64,000 bases of DNA. Origin: Callorhinchus milii (lineage: Eukaryota). Positions 35,301 through 46,423 of the stretch are shown here, piece after piece; the stretch's first letter is position 1; each line of letters starts with the position of its first letter. Location: positions 115,198,001-115,262,000 of the forward strand of contig NW_024704743.1 of assembly GCF_018977255.1 (NCBI RefSeq). Direction: 5' to 3'. The translations under genes and the position numbers were made by a program. The notes beneath the pieces were generated by a model. That model saw only the letters and a list, made by a program, of their open reading frames with translations, did not search any database and had not been told where the DNA came from.

Positions 35301-36536
35301 TTGGGTGGTGACACTGTCAAAGTCATCTATAAGATTGAAGCCGAATCATCATTGCTTCCAAATCAGGGTGGAGCGTAATCTTATGGAATACTTTCATCCA
35401 AAGGATGACTGGGGCCCTAATTTACGTTCATTGAGGATGGGGAAAAATCTAGTCTATTCTAGTGCCTTTACCCACTGACTATCTCTTGGTTTCAGGGCTG
35501 CAGATTTAATTTGCATTTTGGGCTGGTTTGGAAATCAAAACTATAAATTCTGTAAATTAGAATACAAAGCAAAAGTTGCAATTGGCACTTTCTGCCTTTT
35601 TTGTTGTTGTTGCAAATATTGTAGATTAAACCGAGCCCCAAGTGTCACATTAGGCAACCAACAAAGGAGGAAAGCATTGAATGGGAAACTAGTATGGTTT
35701 GACTGTCATAAATCACAGTGAATACCGGCAGCAATACTTGTAATAATTCCAAACTCCTACAAAGATTAAGATTTTGCTTTTCAATTTAAAACTCTTCATT
35801 TCTTTCTGAACCCTCTACTCCCCACCCGAATATCAATGCTCTCCATAGTCACTGCAACTTCACGACATAAAGTAATCATTTTGCCCATGAAGAGCATAGA
35901 AACTCGCATTGAAAGTGTCTGAATGGATTCTTTAAATAATGCGGGGACTAAATTGTGGTATGTTTTAAATCCCGCCAGAAGTGGATCCCAAATGGGTCGT
36001 CTCATTACCCTTGTGCACAACTCTGATTCCTTATCAAGGAATCCCATTAGGAAATACTGCAAATTAGACCCTGATGTAACGTATTTTTAAACTGTGCCCA
36101 TATTTTCCGACGCTGTATAAATGTAATTTGTTGTTGTATCTGTGCAGTTGTTTTTAATTGCAAAGTAGCCAATTGTTTTTTGTACAGTATATACAATTTG
36201 GTGTGGTTTTTTTACGTTTTAAAAGGAAGGCAAACACTTTTGACTCTGTCACTTGCCTCACTTCGTAGTATCATGAACCAGTGTGGGAGACAGAGAAAAG
36301 ACTCAACGTATGTCAGTGTAAACTTGCCGCAGTATTAGAAAACATTGAGTTCGAGCCTTGCTGCCAGGAATGTGTGGGTGAGTAATATCACCAGAAGCTG
36401 GTGATTGTCTGACCGATATCAGGATGTTGTCCCATGGACACTGTGTCCTGGATTGCATTGTGAATGAATTAATCTTTTGAGTCAAATATACCACATAATT
36501 GGCAAAAGACGTGCCATGATGTTCTTTTCATGATGA

Positions 36537-36542
36537 ATTAAA
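36537..36542 (+). terminator. candidate distal polyA signal ATTAAA
   Basis: Ends a ~3 kb repeat-poor stretch and is followed by a GT-rich tract (gatgtgtatgtgtgtgatt). Confidence 0.3.
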
Positions 36543-37091
36543 CACATATTTGAGAGGGAAAAAAAATCAATGATGTGTATGTGTGTGATTTATATGACTA
36601 ACAGCTAACACAAGAGTGGTTTTGATTCTTTCAAACTAAAACAGACTTATTTTAATAGTGCATTGTCACATTTGAGCTTCCAAATTTAAGTAATCAGTAT
36701 CAAGTGTGGTTTTGATTTTTTTTCTGGAGATGCGCGGCAGAAATTCATTTCTCTTGCCATAAAATCTTTATTATTATTAATATTCACCTGAAGATGGGAT
36801 AGGATTTCGGTTTAATCTTTCATCTGAAGGTCAGCATCTCCGGCATTCTCCCTCGCTCCCTCCGTCTGTGCGTCCATCAGAGAAAGAAGTATCTCCTGGT
36901 GTCCTAGCCAACAGTGCCCCAATAAAATTGATTATTCACTTCCTAGCTGATTGTGGGCAATATTGGCTGCAGTGTTTGCTCACAAATACAGTCACCACAC
37001 TTTACAGTAAATCCTGTGAAGCACTTTGAGGCGTCCTCCTGATGTGAAAGGCACTGTGATAACCAAATGCAAGGATTATTATTGTTATCTC

Positions 37092-37530
37092 GAATTCAAG
37101 ATCCTCATCCTCACCTACAAGGCCATTCACAGCCTTGCTCCCTCCTACCTCTCCGACCTACTATCTCCCTACCTACCTGCCCGTACCCTCCGTTCCTCTG
37201 GCTCCGGTCTGCTCCACATCCCACGCCCCAACCGCCCTACCATCGGTGGCCGGGCCTTCAGCCTCTCAGCCCCCAGGCTCTGGAACTCCATCCCCCAGTG
37301 CCTTCGCCGCCTCCTCCCTTTCCTCCTTCAAGGCTGGTCTCAAGACCTTTCTCTTTGACCGTGCCTTCAGCTCTCGACTCTCTACCCCCTCCTCGCTCCC
37401 TCCCTTCCCTCCCCTCACCCTGACCATTTCCCCCCTGCTCGGGTCCTGACCCAACTGTCCAGCGCCATGAACGCCATGAGGACGTCCTCCCGACATGAAA
37501 GACGCTCTATAAATGGAATCTTGTTGTTGT
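37092..37530 (+). mobile_element. young L2 3' fragment, abutting an upstream SINE tail
   Basis: [24 protein letters not shown]...APRLWNSIP; same subfamily as the 16 kb and 24 kb copies. Confidence 0.9.
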
Positions 37531-37668
37531 ATCTGTCCATCATCGCTTTTTTAAACATACAAATTGATTCTGCATCTTGTTGTCATGCCACATTCTCACA
37601 ACCCTCTTTCGTGAGAAAAATATATTCTTACTTTACCTCCACACAGTTCAGCACGAGTTTTGAAGTCA

Positions 37669-37905
37669 TAGGTGACCATATGTCCTCAATTTCCGGGGGA
37701 CAGATGAGGTATTGTGTCCCTGGCCAAATTTGCCCAAAGTTCAGAAACAAAGTTAGCAAAAAAAAATCTAAAACACACAACTCATCAGTGAAATACAACC
37801 ATCAATCCAACAAACTTCCCCAGCACTGCCAGCATCACGAATTGTGGCGAGTTCAATTTTTTTAATGAGCATTCCCGGATATGGTTTACAAAATAGGTCA
37901 CCCTA
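37669..37905. mobile_element. possible hAT-type MITE
   Basis: Imperfect TIRs taggtgacca ... ggtcacccta; no 8-bp TSD visible. Confidence 0.4.
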
Positions 37906-39896
37906 TTTTAGGACAATATCCTGTTAATCTGATGAAACAATGTTACATGATAGCTTATGGTGTAAAGGGCTATATAAATGCAATTTGTTCTTGCAGGAAT
38001 GCAACTTTAGCTGGTGAACAGTGTGAGTTGGATCTCAACATCTTTCACATCTAATAACCCGTCCTCGCAAGACACAATTCATGATCGTCTGAGCACAGTA
38101 AATATTATAGGATGGAGCAGGGGGTTCGTAATATATTCACATGACAACTGCTAGAGGATGAGTTCCTCAACTTCCCTGCCTGCCCATCCACCTACCCACC
38201 CAGTGTTTGGGTTGTTTCATCAAGCTTGACAAGCGCTGCTTCCAGCAGAGAGGCAGCACTTCAAGCTTTCAGTTCAAAGCCCATTTAGAGTTCACAAAAA
38301 GTGCATTTCTCAGGCTGCAACGAGACTGGGCCTGATCTGAAACCCAGCCACTGCCAAAAAGGATGGAGAGAGTATGTGGGAGGATGGGAGGGAGGAAGGG
38401 AGATCAACAAGAGAGTTACAAGCACCCAGCAGTAAATGGAATTAAATGGTATTAAATTAATAAAAAACAAAATAAAGACCAGGTTCTAGACTTAAGACTG
38501 TTTGCAATGTTCACATTTCAGGGCAGACAAGCAACAGCGTTTTGGCAAATTCAATCCTTCTTAAATTAGGAGGCGGCTTTCTGCAGTACTTCATGAGAGA
38601 TCACAACAGAGGGTTGGATGAAGAAAGCCCCTTAACTCCATTTGATCTCCTCCTTTTGGACAACTCACCCGACCATCCCTCCTATTGCAAACCTGCGGAA
38701 AAACAGCTTCAAAATTAATCATAGTGAAGTGAAATTTTTCGCACGCTGAAATGTTAAGTTAAAAGTCCATCTGGATCCCAACAGGAATTATTTCTAACAT
38801 GAAATTATACCTCCTCGTAGCCTGTCTGACCAGTTTGTCTTAGAATTGAAGATCTCACAGAATTTTGGAGGATTCTTAAGTTCAACCTTAATTTGGATAG
38901 ACTGGAAAAAAACCAATTCATTTCAATCTTAAATTTTAAGACAAAGTAGTCTTACCGGCTGAGAAGGGAGCATGTGGGATTTTTGCACTATCCAGTTAAC
39001 TGCCAGGGATATTTCTGAGAGAATACACGGACCGGGGCTAGAAGCATTGCTTCGAATCGTAGATGTCTTGCTGGGTTAGGGGGCTCCCTGGCAAATTAGG
39101 TCAATTTCCTTTAACAGCTTGTTTTACGCGGTAAACTTTTCACCAGTGGACTACGCTGACAGCGAAGGACTATATTATGCCAATCTCTTCCTCTAAAAAT
39201 ACCGGTCTGCTCATGGCTTGCTTTATAAGCAGCTGTTCCTGTGGTCACAGACATAATTCAAGTTTTGCAGTATGCAGTGAAAGAAATGGCTATATTGCTT
39301 GCGTTGAGTTTCCACAGAACAAGCTGTGGCTCGTTGTATGGCACTATGATAGTCACTTTTGCCCCAGCTGGTAACCACTTCCCCATATGCTCCCTTGGTG
39401 GGTGCAGCTTTGTGGCATGTATTCACAGTATGTTCTACATGCAGCCTTTTTCTTTGCTTGTGTCCATAGATAGTGAATCATGGCACAACGGGAGGAGACC
39501 AGAATTTACCTACAAATTCGCAGTCATTACCCTTTATAGTAAATCTTGTGAAGCTCTTTGAGACATTATAAGGCGCTACATCAAATATAAGCATTGTTAT
39601 TAATACATGTAGACTGTGGCTGTTGAAATAGGGTGTTTAACCCTAGCCACCTGTGCTCAGATAATAAGCACATTCATCATTTATCACAGAGCTGTTCCCT
39701 TGCAAGGTGCCTGCATTTTAAATATTTTCTTAAATATCATAGTGAAGGCTATGTTATTTATAAATCTGGATGGAATGTTATGTTTGCTTTCACTTTACTA
39801 TATCATAGCTCTCATAGGTGTGTGTTTGAAATCCTAGCACTGCTTGAACAGAGGAGAATCTGCAAAGGTCCCCTCATTGAGGAAACCTTCAGGTGC

Positions 39897-40235
39897 TTAG
39901 AAACATAGAAATAAACATGGAAACAGAAGTAGGCTACTCAGCTCCTCGAGCCTATTCTGCCATTTTATAAGATCATGGCTCATCTGACCCTCAAATCCAG
40001 TTACCCACCCTTGCCGAGTATTCCTTAATACCCTGACCTAACAAATATCTATCTACCCCATCTTGAAAATGTGAATGGATCCAGCATCCACAGCCTTTTG
40101 GGGGAGAGAGTTCCAGATTTCCATTACCCGTTGGGTGAAAAACTGCCTCCTAATTTCACTCCTAAATGGCCTAGTTTAATTTTAAGATTATGCCACCTTA
40201 TTCTAGATTCCCATACCAGAGGAAATCATTTCTCT
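39897..40235 (-). mobile_element. CR1 3' fragment
   Basis: agaaacatagaa tail, ggagagagttccagatt, ttcactcctaaatggcct. Confidence 0.75.
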
Positions 40236-41605
40236 ATCTTATTTCTATTTTATTTATTATTTATTTCTCTATCTAGTTTCTCTGCTATTTCAGGTGTCAG
40301 GCTAGCTTGAATGGGAAACCGTCTCAAAACACTTCACAGGATTTATTGTAAAGTGGAGTGACTTTGTATTTTGTAGGCAAACATGACAACAAATTTGCTC
40401 TCACCAATGTCCTACAAACAGCCTTGAAGTGAATGACTGATTTTATTTGGGGAATTGTTGGCCAGAACACAGGGAGAATCTCCCTTCTCTTTTTCAACAG
40501 TGCCGTGCTATCGTTGACGTTCCACCTGATGGGACCTTGGTTTAGCCAAAGGATGGATACAGTACAAATATTAAGTATGGTCATGTTAATAAATAAATGT
40601 AAAGCAAGCTCTGCCACAATTGCCTCACCCTCAACCTCTGCACAAGTCAACATTCGGCAATTCATCGCAGCGCAACAATGTCATGTTCTAACCCCAGTTG
40701 CAAGAGCACATTGCAGGCCTGTCGCTGTGCCAGTACTTGATGCCAAGGTTAAATTGATACCATAATATTAACTGACTGGCAATGCAAGGGAAAAAAGATT
40801 GCACATGTAGTGGGATGGGGTGGGGGGTGGGGGGAGGGTTTGAAGATTTAACATCAAAACTGCAAGTTAAGAACATCTCTATTTTAGAAGCAGTTTACGA
40901 GCTGCTGAAAGGCTGCTCTTTTCTGCCATATATGGACGCCCCATTGCGGATGCTGATTGCCACCCAGGCCTGCGAATACCTGAGAGGCTTCTCAATGAGC
41001 TCACCTTACTGCACTTCACCACTGTGCCTACTCACACAACCCACCACGTGGCATTTCCCACTGGCCCACCTCTCCTTTGTTCTCTGTGTATTCGCCGTGA
41101 CTTTTTCTTTGCCAGTTTATATTCCCTGTTAACCATACCAGATGTCTGAGTGCCCCTCCCAGCCATCAACACAGGGATTAAAATCGAAAGCTCCGATCCA
41201 ACTTCTGTCAAACACGTTACAGACACCAGGCTGGACTGTGTGCATAGTAATACTCATAATCCTCAGCTAATAATAAATAATAATAATCCTTGCAATTGAT
41301 ATAGCATCTGGAGGACGTCTTGACTGTGTATTTTGTAGGCAAACACAGCAACCAATTTGCGCACGGCAACATCCCAGAAATAGCCATGAAGCAAATGCTC
41401 AATTTTAGTTGGAGGATTATAAGACAGGACACTGGGGGAAACTCCCTTCTCTTTTCCAATAGTGCCATGGAACCTTCATGTCCAACTGAATGGGCAGGAA
41501 ATACCAATAAATGTTTACAGAGGAAATAAAGGGGAAGAAAAAAATGCAAAATGTTCTCATTGTGGTGAATGAATGGACAAGCAGCTTTGTATTTGATATA
41601 ACCTG

Positions 41606-41926
41606 TGGAGACCTGTAGCTCAGTGGTTAGAGCACTCGCTTTGCAAGCGAGAGACCTGAGTTCAATTCCAGGTAGGTCAGGGCGAAACCTTGGGCAAGTT
41701 TCCTTACTCCACACGCCTAATAATAATCCCTCCAAAAACCAAAAACAATAATAAATTGGTCATTTTCAATCTACGACTGTTTGTGGGACATTGCGGTACG
41801 CAATTGGCTGCCGCGTTCGCCCATAAATATACAGTCAATTTACTTTACAGTGTGTTCTGTGAAGCGCTTTGGGACGTCCTCCCGACGTGAAAAGCGCTAT
41901 ATCAAATGTAAGGATTATTATTATTA
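41606..41926 (+). mobile_element. full-length tRNA(Ala)-derived SINE (short subtype)
   Basis: A and B boxes, anticodon arm CTCGC-TTTGCAA-GCGAG (TGC), L2-like tail, (ATT)n, possible TSD TAACCT (41599-41604 / 41925-41930). Confidence 0.9.
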
Positions 41927-42396
41927 ACCTCTTTCCCAAAGCGCTTCACAGAATTCACTGTAAAGTTTAGTGACTTGATATTTTTGTAGGTGAATTAAAA
42001 CTATAACTGGTAGTAATGAGGACATCATCGGAGATCACATCATCAATTTAGTGAAAATGGTTGGGACCAAAGCCGTTTTCTTCAGCTATTGAACTGACTC
42101 GGTGATCCTTTGAACCCATCAAACTATTTCAGTATCTCAGTGCTGGTTGGCAGAATAGCAGTTGAACTCTGCTTTCAGTGATAAGCATGATCTGGATCAG
42201 ATGTTGTATTTTTTGTTTCGACCGCAATTTTGAACACCTTTCTCTCTCCCTCCCCCCAACCCCCATTCCTCAGCTCCTGACCCCCAGCTTAGGCTCGGTG
42301 TTGTTTTCACCCTAAAATAAAAGGTAAGAAATAGGGAATTTAGGACTCAAGTAGGTAACTCCAGTGGAGGAGCAAGGAACAGTTCAACAAGGGTGA

Positions 42397-42716
42397 ATAT
42401 AATAATGATAATCCTTGCATTTGATATAGTGCTTTTCACGTCTTCTAGATGTCTCAAAGCGCTTCACAGAAAAGACTGTAAAGTGAATTGACTGCATATT
42501 TGTGGGCAAAATACAGCAGCCAATTGCGCACAGCAGTGTCCCACAAACAGTCATGGATTGAAAATGGCCAACTTATTATTGTTTTTTTGTTTTCGGAGGG
42601 ATTATTATTAGGCGTGTGGAGTAAGGAAACTTGCCCAAGGTTTTACCCTACCGGGAATTGAACCCAGATCTCTCACTTGCAAAGCAAGCGCTCTAACCAC
42701 TGAGCTACAGGACTAC
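42397..42716 (-). mobile_element. full-length tRNA-derived SINE (short subtype)
   Basis: Reverse complement similar to 41606-41926. Confidence 0.88.
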
Positions 42717-45289
42717 ACTTACCTAACAAACATCTACCCACGTCCATCCACCAGATTTCCACTACCTTTGGGTGAAAAATTGCCTCCTGATTCCACTCCT
42801 AATTAGCCTAGCTTTAATGTGAAAATTATACCCCTTGTTCTGGACTCTGGCCTGCTCTATGACCCCCGCCCTACCCGCCCCATCATCGGCAGTCAAGCCT
42901 TCTGCCTTTCTGCTCCCATGCTTTTGGAACTCCATCCCATATTCCCTATGCCTCGCCCCCTGCTTAAATTTTCTTTTTTAAATAATCAATTTGAGATGAA
43001 TGTTCACTGTGTTAATGGGTCACATTTTTGACATGTATTAATAAGTTCTATTCTCTTGAAAAAAATCTGTATTATTGTATGCACATTAGCTTTCACTAAA
43101 TATAACAAATATGAAAAATGTTGATGTTATTTTGATTTAAAAATAATTTTCAAAGCATTATTGGAACCTTATAGTCATAATTTGTAAATAAAAATTAGAA
43201 CATGAAAAATATTAAAACAAATGCTGTAGATGAAATCCTCAATTGTAAAGATTGGAACAAAATAAAGTCAGTGCACAAATGGCATTGTCATGCTTGAGAT
43301 GACACAAACTTGTTTCACATTTTTATAAGCGTGCACTTGGGAAGGATGGAAAGATGGAGGAGGTTTTATTTAGGAGCATAATTTCAGTCTGAATCAACAC
43401 CTAGTTGGATAAGCAGTAGGAAATAGAAGGTTCTCTGGGCTGGAAAATTCTTTTTAGGTTAATGAGTTAAGCTTTTAACTTATCAACTTGAATTCATTAT
43501 AGCCTCAAACTCCACCCTTGATAATTTTCTTTTGCAGTTATTGATCTAGCTCGGTTATGGAGCTCATTCCTACAGCCATTTCATAATTATCGCCCACAAA
43601 ACACACAATCACTGCACTTACGGTATTTCCTCGGAAGTACTTTGAGACGTCCTCCTGACTCTTTATTTATTGACTTGTCTGACTGCAATTTTAGTCAATG
43701 TGCTACATTTATTGCAAAGAAGTCCAAATTTTTCACTCTTTCATGTACATTTTGATTTCGGTGCCTACATTCATGTTGCTAACATTCACAAATAGAAAGA
43801 CTCCAAAAACTAGGTTATGCAGGCACCCGGTCCCTATAGTATACACTTGGCGCTAAGTGTTATAAAACGTCCAGTCCAGAATGTTTCTCTCTTTATAGTC
43901 CTTTAGGAAAACAGAGGAGCGAAGCCAAGAAAAAGATTCCCACAAAACTTTTATGCTGGCTCTTTTCTTAATATATTTTTAGGCCTTGTTTCCCATTCCT
44001 GCTTCTGCTACCTTACCTTTGAATCAAGTGCTTTGTTGTGCACTGCTGGTTGGAAAAGAACATGATAAATTAGCTGTCCTGTGTAATGCACCTCTATCAC
44101 TTGGAGCTTACACTAAACAACATCAAAGGAGCTTTACTGTGGGTCCCAGAATGTTTCTGCTGTGAAACCTGAAGTATAAAGTAAACATTTGTATTGCTGT
44201 TCTCTGTCACTGTGATCCCCAGTTTACGCTATCGATACAAAGGGCTGTATTGAGCGCTGGCTGCCTGGCTTCACATTGGGGCAGTGTATAATCACATACC
44301 ACGGTGACAGCACAGGAAAAATAACTCAGAGTATTAAATACGCAATGGTTTATATTCACTCTCCTGCATGTTTCAAACAGGCTATAAACTCGGAACTTAC
44401 AATAACATTTACTCTCGTTCTTAAAAAAGACCGAGCTCGCTTTTTGTAACAATGTCATCAAATAACACGAGCGAGCATTTATTATCGGTACCCGTCTCTT
44501 CAGTTGGTGGTGTGGTGACCATTTTAACCCCTTCCTGCCTGCTGAGATTTTCAAATACTGGGTCTCAATATAATAAATAATAATCTTGTATTTCATACAG
44601 CTGAAAGTTGAAATGTCTCAAAACATTTCACAGGTAATTGTCCTCAAGTGTAATGATCCTGCATCCAGAGTTGCAGCAGCCAATTTGTGAACAGCGATAT
44701 CCCACAAACATCCCTAATGTGAACAGACAGTTTATCTAAAGTATTGTTTGCCAGGTAAAAAGGGAGAAATTCCATTCTCTTTTCAAATAGTGCTGTGGGA
44801 TCTTTAATGTCCAAATGAGGAAAAAAGAAGGCAATAATAATAATAATTCTTGCATTTGATATAGCGCCTTATCACATAAGGTTGATACGTCTCAATAAGC
44901 TTCACGGAATATGTTGTAATGTAGTGTTTGGTTTAATGTCCTATCCGAGGGACAGCAGCTCCAACAATGCAGCGCTGCCCCTGACCTGGAGCAGCTGCCG
45001 AGACTGTGAGGTCAAAGTTTGTCCCACAAACCTGACTTTAGATGAAAGGGGTGAAGAACCAAGACACAAAGCAATCTAAGCCATCGTCTGAAGAAACTCT
45101 GAATCTCTTGTCCAGTGCAAAAGGTTGCAGGTCACATTGACAATAAGGATGAAAGCATCAGGCTGATGTTACATGGGTTTGGAATAATAGGCAAAATAGC
45201 ATTCCAGCTGGCAACAGCAGAAGCACTGCATTGAGACACTTCCTTGGATGTAATTAGCTTCTTTTTCAGAGCATCATGGAACATTAAAC

Positions 45290-45553
45290 ACAACAACAAC
45301 AACAACAACATGATTGCATTTATAGAGCACCTTTCACATCGGGAGGCCACCGATGGTAGGGCGGTTAGGACGGGGGATGTGGAGCAGACCGGAGCCAGAG
45401 GAACGGAGGGTACGGGCAGGTAAGTAGGGGGATAGTAGGTCGGAGAGGTAGAAGGGAGCAAGGCCGTGAATGGCCTTACAGGTGAGGATGAGGATGTTGA
45501 ATTCAATCCTCTGGGGGATGGGGAGCCAGTGGAGGCGAGCGAGGGTGGGAGTG
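45290..45553 (-). mobile_element. young L2 3' fragment with internal deletion
   Basis: Matches ~16490-16693 joined directly to the tail. Confidence 0.85.
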
Positions 45554-45949
45554 AAGAAAGTTATTCACCCTATCCAGTTTGTGCTAGTGTTTTTGCCCAT
45601 AGGAGCACTAAGTCTAATCCCATTCTTCTCCTAACTCTTTCAACACCCTTTAATATTTCTCTTCTTCAAACAGTTAATGGATTCCCTTTTTGGAGAATCT
45701 ACTTTTACGTCATGTGGAAACTGGGAAATTCAGAGAAGCTTGACGCTGTGATGGGAGGACATTAGGGTAAGTAAGTATTCTGTTCAAATGGACCAAAGGG
45801 CCATCTTCATCCAAACCTGACTTATAATAATAATAATCCTTGAATTTGATATAGCGTCTTATCATGTCTTTGCGGCGTCTCAAAGTGCTTCACAGAATAT
45901 ATTGTAAAGTGAATTGACTATTTATTTTGTGGGCAAAATTATTCTATCT

Positions 45950-46176
45950 GTCCCACCATTGGTGGGAAGGCATTCAGCCACTTGGACGTGCTCTCTGGGA
46001 TTCCATTCCCAGGTGTAATAATAATAAAAGTTGAAAGAAATAGCATCAAATGTGCTTAAAAGAAAACTTCATACTTACATGAGGGAGATGGGAATAAAGG
46101 GATATAGGAGAGGGTATAGGAATAAGGGGTTGGGAAGCTTGTGTGGAGTATAAACACTGGCATGAATTGATTGGGT
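45950..46176 (+). mobile_element. L2/CR1 chimeric 3' remnant
   Basis: L2-like PTIGGKAFS then CR1-like gttgaaagaaatagcatcaaa...gtggagtataaacactggcatg. Confidence 0.55.
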
Positions 46177-46179
46177 TCT

Positions 46180-46423
46180 AGTGAGTATCAGGAAGGATGA
46201 GATCAAATAGGCCGAAGAGCTTTTTCTTATCTAAATTGTTATTTAGATAAGGCAGGAGACCTCTCTGTTGATCTTGTGATTTGCTGTGGACTCTACTCAC
46301 ATTATGGAAATCGACGTCAGCCCCGTACTCCACCATGAGCTTTGCCAGGTCGGCATCTCTTTTCCTGCTGCTGACATGTAAGGCCGTGTTTCCGGTGTCC
46401 TGAAGGGGAAACGCAGAAGGGTT
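46180..46423 (-). pseudogene. inverted duplicate of trpn1 exon w3 plus intron flanks (exon copy 46301-46399)
   Basis: Reverse complement aligns to 7119-7387; exon 95/99 identical (DTGNTALHVSSRKRDADLAKLMVEYGADVDFHN); cag and gtgagt retained; ~25-nt deletion in downstream flank. Confidence 0.93.

Noticed and set aside
38242..38259. Third CTCF-like motif ccagcagagaggcagca
   Set aside because: Core spacing is off by one base from the consensus
41606..41677. tRNA-Ala(TGC)-like gene (also 1410-1479, 27443-27510, 42650-42716, 57654-57722)
   Set aside because: No proper acceptor stem, the anticodon varies between copies, and each continues into SINE body and tail; these are SINE heads
45121..45234. 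IRLMLHGFGIIGK resembling a GAPDH/Rossmann motif
   Set aside because: Short, stop-terminated and without splice context; KVAGHIDNKDESIRL fits a decayed CR1 RT segment better
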